A DNA stretch of 63,346 bases, taken from the NCBI GenBank assembly GCA_037447235.1, contig JBBIHC010000004.1:22089-85434 (forward strand), read 5' to 3'. This DNA is from Candidatus Micrarchaeota archaeon. GTDB lineage: Archaea; Micrarchaeota; Micrarchaeia; Anstonellales; Bilamarchaeaceae. Positions 18,487 through 28,384 of this stretch are shown piece by piece. The notes beneath the pieces were generated by a model, which was not told the origin of the DNA, did not search any database, and saw only the letters and a list, made by a program, of their open reading frames with translations. Position numbers and translations under genes: made by a program. Numbering within the stretch: the stretch's first letter is position 1; every line of letters begins with the position of its first letter.

Positions 18487-19395
18487 ATGTACGATGTTGT
18501 AATAATAGGCGGGGGCCCAGCCGGCTTGTCCGCAGCCATGTATGCCGGCAGGCTTAAGATGAAGACGCTGGTCCTTGCAGGTCTTAGGGGCGGGACTGTT
18601 GTCAACACCAACGAGATAACCAACTGGCCCGGGATAAAGTCGATTGAGGGAGTCAAACTTGCGAAGCAGCTTGAGGAGCACGCAAAGGAGTACGGAGTTG
18701 ACATAAAAGACACGGAGGCAACAGCCATAAAAAAGGGCGGAAAGGCCTTTGCTGTCACTACTGCTTCTGAAGAGAATTATGAGGGGAAGTCCATCATAAT
18801 CGCGACAGGGACCGAAGTCAGGAAGCTCGGGATAAAAGGGGAAAGCGAATACGAGAATCGCGGCGTTCATTACTGCGCTTTGTGCGACGGCTTTTTTTAC
18901 AGCAACAAAACAGTCGCGGTGGTTGGTGGGAGCGATTCTGCGGTAAAGGAAGCCCTTGTGCTTACGCAGTGGGCAAAGAAGGTTTATGTAATATACCGAA
19001 GGGAAAAGCTGAGGGCAGAGCCGATAAACCTTGAAAGGTTGAATTCAAATCAGAAGATAGAAGTGCTGACAAACACCAATATCACAGAGATCGCCGGAGA
19101 CGAAAACGGCGTTAAGTGTGTGCTCCTGGACAGGGAGTATAAAGGAAGCAGTCGCCTTGAGCTTGATGGCCTTTTTGTTGAAATCGGCCGCGTTCCGAAC
19201 TCACTTCTTGCAAAGAGCCTTGGCATCACGCTGAATGACGCTGGCGAGATTATAACAGACAAGAAAGCCCGGACAAGCGTTGATGGCGTCTTTGCCGCAG
19301 GCGATGTAACCGATTCGCCATTCAAGCAGGCGATAACTGCAGCCGCAGAAGGCGTAATGGCCGCATACAGCGCCTATAACTACACTAGAGATTGA
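18487..19395 (+). CDS. trxB: thioredoxin-disulfide reductase
   Basis: 302 aa. GGGPAG FAD motif, CALCDG redox centre, GGSDSA NADPH motif. Confidence 0.93.
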   Translation: MYDVVIIGGGPAGLSAAMYAGRLKMKTLVLAGLRGGTVVNTNEITNWPGIKSIEGVKLAKQLEEHAKEYGVDIKDTEATAIKKGGKAFAVTTASEENYEGKSIIIATGTEVRKLGIKGESEYENRGVHYCALCDGFFYSNKTVAVVGGSDSAVKEALVLTQWAKKVYVIYRREKLRAEPINLERLNSNQKIEVLTNTNITEIAGDENGVKCVLLDREYKGSSRLELDGLFVEIGRVPNSLLAKSLGITLNDAGEIITDKKARTSVDGVFAAGDVTDSPFKQAITAAAEGVMAAYSAYNYTRD

Positions 19396-19407
19396 TATTT
19401 GACAGGC

Positions 19408-20106
19408 TTACAGGAATTTTGCCAGCTCTTCGAGCGTCTTTTTTATGTCGTTTGATTCGTAAACAGCCCGGCCGACTATTGCGTGCCAGCGCCCGCCGGC
19501 GGCTTTTGCCGCTTCCGTGATCGAGCCGCCCTGGGCTATGAAGCCGGGCGCATAAAAAACAGGCTGTTCCGCTCCTGCAGTTTCAACAAGCGCCTTTATT
19601 TTCTTCATCTCTTCCGGCTTGTTGCCCGGCACAACAAAGTCGTTTATGCCCATCTTTGCCGCGAGGCTGTAGATTGAATATATCTTATCATCGTCCAAAA
19701 AGCCGCCCTCGCTTTTTCTGTAGGCTTTGTGCGTCATCAGTCCGCCCACGATGACCCCCAACTTCGCATCCCTGCACGACTCTATCCAAGTTTTCTCTGT
19801 TTCAGGCCCTGCCTGCGGGAACAAAATAACAGCGTCAATTCCCGAAGACGCGCAGGCATCGGCGAACATTTTTCCGGTCTCGGGAATATCAGTCGCCGCT
19901 TTTTGATGATCATATACAAGCGGTTTGTCGGTATATCTGCGCGCGATTTTCACTACCTGTGGCAGGCCGTATCTTAACGCGAGATAAAACCCTATTTTGT
20001 AAGAGCTCACGGCCTCCAAATCCGCCGTTTTTTTCACTATCTCATCAAATCTTTTTGCGTCAACATCGCACGCCACCATTATGCTTCTGTCTTTTTTTAT
20101 TATCAT
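19408..20106 (-). CDS. pyrF: orotidine 5'-phosphate decarboxylase (probable)
   Basis: 232 aa TIM-barrel-like sequence (VACDV.., YDHQKA..). Overlaps pyrE by 4 nt. Confidence 0.75.
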   Translation of the reverse strand: MIIKKDRSIMVACDVDAKRFDEIVKKTADLEAVSSYKIGFYLALRYGLPQVVKIARRYTDKPLVYDHQKAATDIPETGKMFADACASSGIDAVILFPQAGPETEKTWIESCRDAKLGVIVGGLMTHKAYRKSEGGFLDDDKIYSIYSLAAKMGINDFVVPGNKPEEMKKIKALVETAGAEQPVFYAPGFIAQGGSITEAAKAAGGRWHAIVGRAVYESNDIKKTLEELAKFL

Positions 20107-20783
20107 AGGATTACTTCCGTTGTACCGTACTGCCTGAAATACTCCACGACCCTGTTTTTTATGTGGGGCGAGGGGTTTTTCTTCTTTGCCGCGAGCGGCA
20201 AAATCTCTGTGGCATCGCTCATCGCGTAATACCCGACTCCTTTTTCGCGCATTACATCTTCAACCGTTTTTCCGTCATCCCGCCTTTCCATCCTGTTGGT
20301 CAGGCCTATCGCCGCCACAACATTAACGCCGGCTTCCTTCAATCTTTTCACCGTCTCGATCAGCGAACCCCCGGTCGTCGTCACATCCTCTATCACTACC
20401 GTTGCACCTTTGGGCATTCCGAGAAAATACCTGTCCTTGGGCTCGCCATGCTCTTTCGGTTTTCCCCTTCCCATCGCAAGCGCGTATCTGCCCTTGCCAA
20501 AATCCTTTTTTTGTTTCGCGTACCTGTATTGCGTAAGGATGCCTATCTTTGTCGCGCCTTCCGGGACGCCAAAAAAGGTTTCAGCCTTGAGGCCGATCGA
20601 TTCCGCAAAGCTTATTATGTAATCAGACAATTGCTCGCTGAGGAAGGCATCTTCGGTCACCGTCCGCCAGTTGGCATACCAATGGGACAGCCTGCCGGAT
20701 TTGAGCTTGACCGGCTGGTCAAAAAATCCCACCACATTATTTTCAATTATGAAATTCAAAAAAGATTGTTTATTGAACTCCAT
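20103..20783 (-). CDS. pyrE: orotate phosphoribosyltransferase
   Basis: 226 aa. PRPP-binding loop VVIEDVTTTGGS. Confidence 0.9.
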   Translation of the reverse strand: MEFNKQSFLNFIIENNVVGFFDQPVKLKSGRLSHWYANWRTVTEDAFLSEQLSDYIISFAESIGLKAETFFGVPEGATKIGILTQYRYAKQKKDFGKGRYALAMGRGKPKEHGEPKDRYFLGMPKGATVVIEDVTTTGGSLIETVKRLKEAGVNVVAAIGLTNRMERRDDGKTVEDVMREKGVGYYAMSDATEILPLAAKKKNPSPHIKNRVVEYFRQYGTTEVIL

Positions 20784-20808
20784 CCTATCACTATTTTGTC
20801 AACAGTGT

Positions 20809-22452
20809 CTATTTTTTTATGAGCTTTGCGTACACGAGCCAGATAGCGAGCAGCAGTATTACAACACCGCCTGCTATATAAAGCGGGTTTATCTCCCGAG
20901 ATTGCACATTTAGGGTTATCGTCTTGTCATTATAGCCCATTTTCTTTATGGTTATCGTATGGCTTCCCCCAGCCAATGTCCACGTTGTCTTCTTGCTATC
21001 GGAGTACTCTTTGCCGTCAATAATAAGGGTAAAGCGCTCTACCGGCGAGCCGTCAGATTTGCTGTTTATGTAAATGTCAAACGGCTCGTTTTCAAATGGC
21101 GCGCTTGGTATTGATATTATAAAATCATCAAGGGGAATGCCAGAATCCCTTACGAAAGTTACCGTAGTGTATGTGCCTTCTTCAGAGCCAGCCACATCTT
21201 CCACCCTGCAACTTATCGCATTGAGGCCTTCCTGAAGCTCAACCTGGGGGTTGAGGTAGTATTCCCAGGTTCCATCTGCTTTGGATGTTGTTTCCCGCCA
21301 CCCTTGGTCGTTTATTGATATGAATACCTGCTGCTGGCCGGTTGAGGATACCGATTTTCCCTTCACCTGCACTTCCTTGTGCCCCACGAGTTCACCATCC
21401 ACGGGGGCATCTATGGAACATCCGCGGCTTGTGGAATATATGTAGACGTATTTGTCATTTGAGGCGAACATAAGCCTGTTTTGGTGGAAAAACGGCTGTC
21501 CGGCGATTTTCCCCAGCAGCGGCGTTTTCCAGACGAGCTCGCCGCTCGAGTCGTCAATTGCGTATACGCGCCCGTCACTTGCGCTTATGAAAATAACCTT
21601 CTTGTCGCCCAAAACGCCCTCAATCGGTTTTGAAACCGGGGCGAGATGAAGTTTTGCTTTCCACTCCAGCTCGCCGTTGCCATATATCTTGTAGACATAG
21701 GTGTCATCGCTTCCAAAATAAACATTACCGGAAGAAACGAATGGGGACGTCCTTACCCAACCGCCAGTGTCAAATTCAAACAGCGTAGAACCGTCAGACC
21801 TTAAGGCATGCAATTTATTGTCCAGGGCGCCGAAATATATTACGTCTCCGCTTATTTCGGGCGTTGACATCCATAATTTCGCTTCCAGTTGCCTGCTCCA
21901 CGCCAATTTTTCATTCATGTTTATTTTTACAATGCTGTTTTCGGCAGTAATTATGACTGCTTGCTCGTCAACCGCAGGCTTTCCGTAAGTGTTGTTTATC
22001 GCATAGAACAATGAAGCGGTGTTCTCGCCTATTTTGTACACGCCCGCATTTGTAGTGGCAAAAACGTTTCTTGAATTCTTCCCCAAGCCGTAAAACGATG
22101 TTGGGGCAAGCGTCGCGTTGACCTTGGTGAGGTTTATCGTCCAGACGATCTTGCCGTTTTTGTCGATTGCGCTTACGCTGCCGTCTCTTGTGAGCGCGAT
22201 TATCTTTCCCCCGAATTCAATTATGTCGACCGCCTGGCCGGTATTTGTTTTCCAAACATAGCTGCCGCTTGCCGGGTTGATTGCGTAGATGTTGCCGTCT
22301 GCCGAAGCGATTACAAATGCATCCTGGAACAAAATCGGTCGTGTTGTCGGTTCCCCCCTGATGTCCACCTGCCAGAGAAGCGATGAAAAAGAAAGGGAAA
22401 CGGCCAGCAATATTGCGAGAATCTGGGCGGCTTTCATCTGCTCAACCCGCAA
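20809..22452 (-). CDS. PQQ-like beta-propeller surface protein with C-terminal TM anchor
   Basis: 547 aa. Signal-like N-terminus, repeated (V)YA(I/L)D..(S)G..(V)W propeller blades, an Ig-like C-terminal region, and a final TM (IAGGVVILLLAIWLVYAKLI). Confidence 0.8.
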   Translation of the reverse strand: MRVEQMKAAQILAILLAVSLSFSSLLWQVDIRGEPTTRPILFQDAFVIASADGNIYAINPASGSYVWKTNTGQAVDIIEFGGKIIALTRDGSVSAIDKNGKIVWTINLTKVNATLAPTSFYGLGKNSRNVFATTNAGVYKIGENTASLFYAINNTYGKPAVDEQAVIITAENSIVKINMNEKLAWSRQLEAKLWMSTPEISGDVIYFGALDNKLHALRSDGSTLFEFDTGGWVRTSPFVSSGNVYFGSDDTYVYKIYGNGELEWKAKLHLAPVSKPIEGVLGDKKVIFISASDGRVYAIDDSSGELVWKTPLLGKIAGQPFFHQNRLMFASNDKYVYIYSTSRGCSIDAPVDGELVGHKEVQVKGKSVSSTGQQQVFISINDQGWRETTSKADGTWEYYLNPQVELQEGLNAISCRVEDVAGSEEGTYTTVTFVRDSGIPLDDFIISIPSAPFENEPFDIYINSKSDGSPVERFTLIIDGKEYSDSKKTTWTLAGGSHTITIKKMGYNDKTITLNVQSREINPLYIAGGVVILLLAIWLVYAKLIKK

Positions 22453-22915
22453 AAAGCGAATCGTGCTTTCCGGCGTCTATTTCCTTTATGATATCTTTGG
22501 CGTTTTTGCCGTCTATCGTTATGCCGATGCTGGTACAGGAGCCACATACTTCCTTGGTTACTCTTTTCAGGTCCCTCCCGAGCGAGTTTGTTTTTGATTT
22601 TGCCATCTTTACTACTTCTGCAAGCGAAACATTTCCTGCCGCTGCCTCGCGGTTTCCGGCCCCTTTGGCTATTCCAGCGGCTTTCTTGAGCAGCTCGGCG
22701 GTCGGCGGAGTGCCCACCTCCACACGGAATTCCTTTGTTTCGGTGTTAACTACCACTTTTACCGGCACCTTCATATTTGAAAAGGCCCGTGTTGCTTCGT
22801 TTATTTTTGCGATTACCTGCCCTGTGTTTATGCCCAGCGGGCCGAGTGCAGGCCCCAACGGCGGTCCCGCAGTTGCCTTCCCCCCATCAACTATTGCGCT
22901 GATTACCTTTTCCAT
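22442..22915 (-). CDS. rpl11: 50S ribosomal protein L11
   Basis: 157 aa. GGKATAGPPLGPALGPLGIN motif. Confidence 0.95.
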   Translation of the reverse strand: MEKVISAIVDGGKATAGPPLGPALGPLGINTGQVIAKINEATRAFSNMKVPVKVVVNTETKEFRVEVGTPPTAELLKKAAGIAKGAGNREAAAGNVSLAEVVKMAKSKTNSLGRDLKRVTKEVCGSCTSIGITIDGKNAKDIIKEIDAGKHDSLFAG

Positions 22916-23097
22916 TTAATCCCTCTCTAAAGAATCCTTCTTCATAAATATCAAATGATTAGTTTTTAAAGATTGATTATTTCAAAGCGCTTGTTCCCTT
23001 ATTTCCGGATATTGCCGTAAAACCGGTTTAGCCAAGCTTTAAAAATATTTTTATCCATTTATTATAACGATTAGTTATAATGTGCGAGGTGAATTAA

Positions 23098-24216
23098 ATG
23101 AAAAAACTGGAATATGGCAAAAAAGAGGCAAAGAAAGAAAACTGCCTTTCGGGGCAGAAGCAATTTAGGCATACAAAACTCGCTGCTGTTTTGACATCTG
23201 TTTTGTCTTTGATTCCATTTGGATGCAGCAAGGATATGGTTGCCAGAGATTTGGACAATGTCTTATGCAGCGATGAAGCGATAAGCATTGCGAAGCGAAA
23301 CAATGAAGCAACGCTCGACATAAATCAGGGCGTCGTCTTCCCGAATGGCTATAAAATGGCGCTTGCTGATGTTGAAGGCGTGACGCAAACTGCCTTTTTT
23401 GTGCTTAAGGAGCCGAATGGCACCGCAATATACAATCTTGACATGAAGGAAGGGATTGACTATACGATCGAGTTTCCTGCGGTAAGCGAAACCATTCCTG
23501 AAGCGCGCTACAAGGTAGCTGCCTGCTCGGTCCGCTCGGGCGATGCGTCAAATGAAATTTCAGTTACGGTAAGAGCCAACACCGTCCTGAAACTTGAAGA
23601 ACAGCAATGCACGCCAAACCTTGCGCCTACTGATTGTACCGCGGTGGAGCCGGTTGCGAGGACGGTAATGACAAAAGACAAGCCGTTGAAGGTCGAAAAC
23701 GTCATGCTTTATTTTGAAGGCACGCTGGAGGAGGACGGAAAAAAGACGGCAGTCTTCCATTTTGAAGATTCCTGCGGGAAGATCCTGTTAAGGAGCAAGA
23801 TACCGGAAGGCCATACCGTGACTTTCTTTATGTCGGGGGTATCATACGAAGTGGATTTGTTTGTGCTCTACTCGTCAGCAGACGGGGTTGAATGGGCGGA
23901 TGTAAAAGTTGAAGTCGGATGCCCGAGCGGCTGTCCGGTTGCATCAATGACAATGAATGTCGGCGAATCAGTAATTCTCGAGGACGCCAACCTGACACTT
24001 CGTCTGGACGATGTCGAGCTCCAAAACGACGTAAAGAAGGCGTTGCTCTCCATTCTTGACGAATCAGGCAGTACTTTGGACAGGCTCGCTTTGGCTGAAG
24101 GCGAAACCGAGATCACCAGCGCAGGTTACAGGATAAACGTTTCAGAGGTAAGCATCGGCTACACTTTTAATGCGAAATGGGCGCGCATTTCAGTTTCGCA
24201 GATCGATTGCGAATAG
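23098..24216 (+). CDS. hypothetical lipoprotein-like secreted protein
   Basis: 372 aa. N-terminal hydrophobic stretch ends in the lipobox-like IPFGC. No recognisable domain. Confidence 0.6.
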   Translation: MKKLEYGKKEAKKENCLSGQKQFRHTKLAAVLTSVLSLIPFGCSKDMVARDLDNVLCSDEAISIAKRNNEATLDINQGVVFPNGYKMALADVEGVTQTAFFVLKEPNGTAIYNLDMKEGIDYTIEFPAVSETIPEARYKVAACSVRSGDASNEISVTVRANTVLKLEEQQCTPNLAPTDCTAVEPVARTVMTKDKPLKVENVMLYFEGTLEEDGKKTAVFHFEDSCGKILLRSKIPEGHTVTFFMSGVSYEVDLFVLYSSADGVEWADVKVEVGCPSGCPVASMTMNVGESVILEDANLTLRLDDVELQNDVKKALLSILDESGSTLDRLALAEGETEITSAGYRINVSEVSIGYTFNAKWARISVSQIDCE

Positions 24217-24231
24217 TCCTTTTTTGTTTTT

Positions 24232-24939
24232 TTATCTGCTTTTTTTGACGCCGGCTCTTTTACAGTATCTACTTATGCGGCATTTGCTGCAAAAAGGGCT
24301 GACCGGCAGGCATATTGTCTGGCCATAAGCGACAAAAACACGGTTCAGTTTTCTTATGTATCTTTTCGGCACGATTTTAAGAAGCTCTTTTTCGGTTGCG
24401 TGCGGATTTTTTGTCCTTACGAGCCCCAGCCTGTTGCTTATCCTATGCACGTGCGTGTCAACACCCAAAGCCGATTTCCCATACGCCCTTGCTAGAACGA
24501 TATTGCCGACTTTTCTTCCCACGCCGGGCAATTGAATCATCCCTTCAAGGGTTTGCGGGACATTTCCGCCAAACCTTTCCATGATCATCACAGCGGCTTT
24601 TTTCAGGTTCTTCGCCTTGACGCGGTAAAAACCAACCCCATAAATCGCCTTTTCGATAGTTTTTGACGGAATCCCAGCCAGTTCTTCTAGCGTCGTTGCC
24701 AGCGCCAGCAGTTTTGCTGCCGCAGCCGCTGTTTTTTCATCCCTGGTCCTGGTGGAAAGCATTGTTGCTACAAGGATGGAAAATGGGCTATCCGCAGTAT
24801 TCCTCTCAAGCGCGAAGACCGGGGCGCCTTCCGCGTCCTTTTCCATAATATTCAGCATCTTCGCCAGCAAGCTTCCACGCATTTTTTCACGCTTTACACA
24901 CACAGTAAAAAATTTAAGCCCTTTTGTTTTTATCTCCAT
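24232..24939 (-). CDS. nth: endonuclease III (HhH-GPD DNA glycosylase/AP lyase, 4Fe-4S)
   Basis: HhH LPGVGRKVGNIVL and C-terminal C-x6-C-x2-C-x5-C (CLPVSPFCSKCRISRYC). The true start may be an internal Met near 24882. Confidence 0.9.
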   Translation of the reverse strand: MEIKTKGLKFFTVCVKREKMRGSLLAKMLNIMEKDAEGAPVFALERNTADSPFSILVATMLSTRTRDEKTAAAAAKLLALATTLEELAGIPSKTIEKAIYGVGFYRVKAKNLKKAAVMIMERFGGNVPQTLEGMIQLPGVGRKVGNIVLARAYGKSALGVDTHVHRISNRLGLVRTKNPHATEKELLKIVPKRYIRKLNRVFVAYGQTICLPVSPFCSKCRISRYCKRAGVKKSR

Positions 24940-24955
24940 CAGGTGGCCGGCAGAT

Positions 24956-25342
24956 ATGGCAATGAAAGCGTATGCGAAGGGAAGCAGGGCGGAACGGGAG
25001 CTGATAGACTACTTCTCGTCGCACGGATTTTCCGTGATACGTGCGGCCGGCAGCGGCGTTTCCTCCCTTTGCCCGGACCTTCTTGCATTTCGCCACAGCC
25101 TCCACTATGCGTTTGAGTCAAAGGCAATTGAGAAGGAAAATCTTAATATAGACCGGGAACAGTTTCTTGGTCACCTGAGATGGGAGGAAAATACCGCAAT
25201 AACTACTTATATCGCGTGGAGAAGAAACCGCGAGGACTGGCTGTTTTTGCCGCTTTCTGTTTTTGAAGAAAACGCCCGGTCGTTTTCAATATCTTGGGAA
25301 AATGCAAAAATGATAGGGAAGAGAAAAGAGGAGCTTGTGTGA
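24956..25342 (+). CDS. hjc: Holliday junction resolvase Hjc
   Basis: 128 aa from MAMKAYAKGSRAERELIDYFSSHGFSVIRAAGSG, a typical Hjc N-terminus. The longer ORF from 24752 runs antisense into nth. Confidence 0.88.
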   Translation: MAMKAYAKGSRAERELIDYFSSHGFSVIRAAGSGVSSLCPDLLAFRHSLHYAFESKAIEKENLNIDREQFLGHLRWEENTAITTYIAWRRNREDWLFLPLSVFEENARSFSISWENAKMIGKRKEELV

Positions 25343-25352
25343 GGGCGTGGAT

Positions 25353-26642
25353 ATGGCAAAACTGAAAAGGGCGCTTGGCCTGTTGGAGCTGACGCTTGCC
25401 GGCGTTGGCATCATCCTTGGAGCCGGAATTTATGCGCTGATAGGAAAGGCTGCCGGACTTGCCGGAAACGGCCTGTGGATTTCATTTGCGATAGGGGCCG
25501 TAGTCGCCGCGCTTACCGGCCTGAGTTACGCTGAACTGTCGTCAACATTCCCGAAAGCCGGCGCTGAGTATGAATACACCCGGCACGCATTCGGAAGAAA
25601 AATAGCCTTTCTTGTAGGATGGCTGATAGTGCTCAGCGGCATTTTTTCCGCGACTACCGTAGCTTTGGGCTTCTCCGGCTATTTTAACGCGTTGTTCCAG
25701 ACGCCGATAGTTCTGACCGCGGTTGTGCTGATTGCGCTGCTCGCCCTCCTGATGATGTATGGGATAAAGGAAACCGCGTGGTTTGCCATCGTCGGCACTT
25801 TATTTGAGGCGGGCGGGCTCATTTTGGTCATATTTTTTGCCCTGCCCTATCTTGGAAAGGTTGATTATTTTGCAATCACATCGTGGGACGGGGTTTTTGC
25901 TGCCGCGTCGCTGATTTTCTTTGCGTACATAGGTTTTGAGGAAATGACCAGAATGGCAGAGGAAGTGAAAGAGCCGCACAGAAATATGCCCCTCGGTCTT
26001 ATCCTGGCGATCGCCATAACAACGATACTTTACATCCTGGTCGGGATTTCAGCCATAAGCGTGGTGGACTACAGGCAGCTTTCCGTTTCCAATTCGCCGC
26101 TCGCGGATGTAATCAATATCACAATGGGGAAGGAGGCATTTTCCCTTTTCAGCTTGATCGCCCTTTTTGCCACCGGCAACACCGTCCTTTTGGTGATGGT
26201 CTCCACCTCACGGCTGATCTACGGGATGGCAAGCTCAGGCGGGCTCCCAAGAATCCTGGCTTATGTCCACCCCACAAGACAAACGCCGTGGATTGCGATA
26301 ATACTTAGCGCGGTTTTTTCGATTGTTTTTTTTATGGTAGGCGGCATAGAAAAGCTCGCAGCGATATCAAACCTTACCGTATATCTGACATTCATAACGA
26401 TAAATCTGGCCCTGATAAGGCTGCGCTATGAGTTTCCTGAAATCAAGAGGCCGTTCAAAACGCCGCTGAGCATAGGCAGGATGCCCGTCCTGCCGGTTCT
26501 TGCCATCATCTCCTGTATTTTCATGATAGTGAATGTAGAAACAGATGCCATCATTTATGGAGTGGCAACTATCCTGGTAGGCGTTGTTGTTCTTTTCTTC
26601 CTTACAAAAAACAAAAAGAAAACTAATACTGCTCGCACTTGA
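25353..26642 (+). CDS. APC-family amino acid permease
   Basis: About 430 aa with about 12 TM segments. N-terminal [17 protein letters not shown] motif. Confidence 0.88.
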   Translation: MAKLKRALGLLELTLAGVGIILGAGIYALIGKAAGLAGNGLWISFAIGAVVAALTGLSYAELSSTFPKAGAEYEYTRHAFGRKIAFLVGWLIVLSGIFSATTVALGFSGYFNALFQTPIVLTAVVLIALLALLMMYGIKETAWFAIVGTLFEAGGLILVIFFALPYLGKVDYFAITSWDGVFAAASLIFFAYIGFEEMTRMAEEVKEPHRNMPLGLILAIAITTILYILVGISAISVVDYRQLSVSNSPLADVINITMGKEAFSLFSLIALFATGNTVLLVMVSTSRLIYGMASSGGLPRILAYVHPTRQTPWIAIILSAVFSIVFFMVGGIEKLAAISNLTVYLTFITINLALIRLRYEFPEIKRPFKTPLSIGRMPVLPVLAIISCIFMIVNVETDAIIYGVATILVGVVVLFFLTKNKKKTNTART

Positions 26643-27216
26643 GCATGTAATAGTTCCTGTCGTGGTCGCAGGACGGGCATTTTTCCGGCGGAGTCGGCCC
26701 CTCGTGCACATAGCCGCACTTCATGCATACCCACTGGACCTTTTCTGATTTTTTGAAGACCGTGCCGTTTTTTACCTGTTCCAGCAATTTCGCGTATCTT
26801 TCCTCGTGATGTGCTTCTGCCTTTCCTATCGCTCTCAGCCGCCTGGCGATTTCGGGAAATCCCTCTTTTTGCGCAACATCTGCAAATCCCGGATACATCT
26901 TGGTGGTTTCGTAATGCTCGCCCGCGATTGCCGCGGCAAGATTGTCCGCCGTCTTTTCCATTATGTGCGGCACTGGCGCCTTCTCAACAATGACATCATC
27001 CGTCTTCACACCCGTTTTTTCAGCAAGCGTGTTAAGCATTCTCATGTTCCATTCGGCGTGCTCCAGCTCATTCTCCGCGGTAGTCAGGAATATTTCGCTT
27101 ATCTGATGGTATCCCTCCTTTCTGGCTATGCCCGCATACATCGTGTATCTGTTTCTTGCCATGCTTTCGCCGATGAAAGCCGCGGCAAGATTTTCCAGCG
27201 TTTTATAACTTCCCAT
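26623..27216 (-). CDS. rbr: rubrerythrin
   Basis: Ferritin-like diiron EXXH repeats ([19 protein letters not shown]) plus a C-terminal rubredoxin-like CMKCG..CPSC. 20-nt convergent overlap with the permease. Confidence 0.92.
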   Translation of the reverse strand: MGSYKTLENLAAAFIGESMARNRYTMYAGIARKEGYHQISEIFLTTAENELEHAEWNMRMLNTLAEKTGVKTDDVIVEKAPVPHIMEKTADNLAAAIAGEHYETTKMYPGFADVAQKEGFPEIARRLRAIGKAEAHHEERYAKLLEQVKNGTVFKKSEKVQWVCMKCGYVHEGPTPPEKCPSCDHDRNYYMLKCEQY

Positions 27217-27289
27217 TTGATCACCTGTCAACAAAGCGCATAATCCATCAAGACAAATATTTTTAAAGTTTCACGATTATTGGAGAAGC

Positions 27290-27529
27290 ATGAAAACCTT
27301 GGTTTTATTGCTGGTCTTGGGCCTGCTGGTTTCAACGGCATTTGCGCAGCAGCCGTGCGTGTCAAGCGCGGACTGCGACGAGGACTCTTATTGCGGAAGC
27401 GACGGCTATTGCCACTCGTATTATGGCGACAACGGTGCCGGCTTTGATTACAATCTATCCTGCTGCGGCGCCGGCCTCATCCTTCTGGGCGGGCTTGCCG
27501 CAATTGTGCTGACGAATCAGAAAGGATAG
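27290..27529 (+). CDS. small secreted Cys-rich protein with C-terminal TM anchor
   Basis: 79 aa. Signal peptide ..STAFA/QQ, then CVSSADCDEDSYCGSDGYC, then CCGAGLILLGGLAAIVL. Confidence 0.6.
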   Translation: MKTLVLLLVLGLLVSTAFAQQPCVSSADCDEDSYCGSDGYCHSYYGDNGAGFDYNLSCCGAGLILLGGLAAIVLTNQKG

Positions 27530-27581
27530 CCTGATTTTTTTATTTTTTCTTTTGGCTTTTCAATAGATTGCCGAGATTTGT

Positions 27582-28211
27582 ATGGGCAGGGCAGCGTTGA
27601 TCAATTCCTTGAAAAGGCTGAAAAAATCGCGGATAGCCGGAGAGATAAGAAAAAAGGTAAAAGGATTCGCCTCTTTCAGCAAAAAACCCGCGAATGAGGC
27701 ATTCAAGGAGCTTTGTTTTTGCCTGCTGACTGCCAACTACAGCGCAGAAGGCGGGATGAGGATACAGAATGCCCTGAACAACAAATTCCTGTCCTTGCCC
27801 GAAGATGAATTGAAAGACGAGTTAAAAAAACTGCGTTATCGTTTCCCGAATACCCGTGCCGCGTACATATGTGAAGCGAGAGCGCATATCCCGGCTCTAA
27901 AAAAGATTTTTGGTTTCCGGGACGGAAAAGGCGCCAGGGAATGGCTTGTAAAAAACGTGCGCGGGCTCGGTTTCAAGGAAGCAAGCCATTTTTTGCGCAA
28001 TGTCGGATTTGCAGATGTTGCAATAATCGATTTTCATATCATTGATCTGCTCGCCCGTCATAGAATAATAAAAAAAGCACTCTCTATTACAAAAAAGAGG
28101 TATTATGCGATTGAAAAAAAACTTGAAGCAATTGCCCAGGAGACTGGCCTAACGCTTGCTGAACTTGACCTCTACTTATGGTACCTGGAAACCGGAAAGG
28201 TTTTGAAATAG
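27582..28211 (+). CDS. ogg: 8-oxoguanine DNA glycosylase/AP lyase, archaeal Ogg2 type
   Basis: 209 aa. FCLLTANYSAE and HhH GLGFKEASHFLRNVG. Confidence 0.85.
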   Translation: MGRAALINSLKRLKKSRIAGEIRKKVKGFASFSKKPANEAFKELCFCLLTANYSAEGGMRIQNALNNKFLSLPEDELKDELKKLRYRFPNTRAAYICEARAHIPALKKIFGFRDGKGAREWLVKNVRGLGFKEASHFLRNVGFADVAIIDFHIIDLLARHRIIKKALSITKKRYYAIEKKLEAIAQETGLTLAELDLYLWYLETGKVLK

Positions 28212-28218
28212 AATAAAA

Positions 28219-28326
28219 AGCTGGGTAAGGGAATTGAACCCCTCTCTACCGCTCTCGGCAAATCATCGGCATAGCCTCATAAGAGCGATACTGCAGGCGG
28301 CCGCATAACCGATCTGCCAACCCAGC
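28219..28326 (-). tRNA. tRNA-Cys(GCA) with ~37-nt intron after position 37
   Basis: The minus strand reads GCTGGGT-TG-GCAG-ATCGGTT-ATGC-G-GCCGC-CTGCAG-[37 nt]-A-GCGGT-AGAG-AGGGG-TTCAATT-CCCTT-ACCCAGC-T. U73 discriminator fits Cys identity. A T-run follows. Confidence 0.8.
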
Positions 28327-28384
28327 ATAAATCGTAGCTATAAGCAATCTAATATTAAAAAACGTTGCGATTATTTTCATTCTT

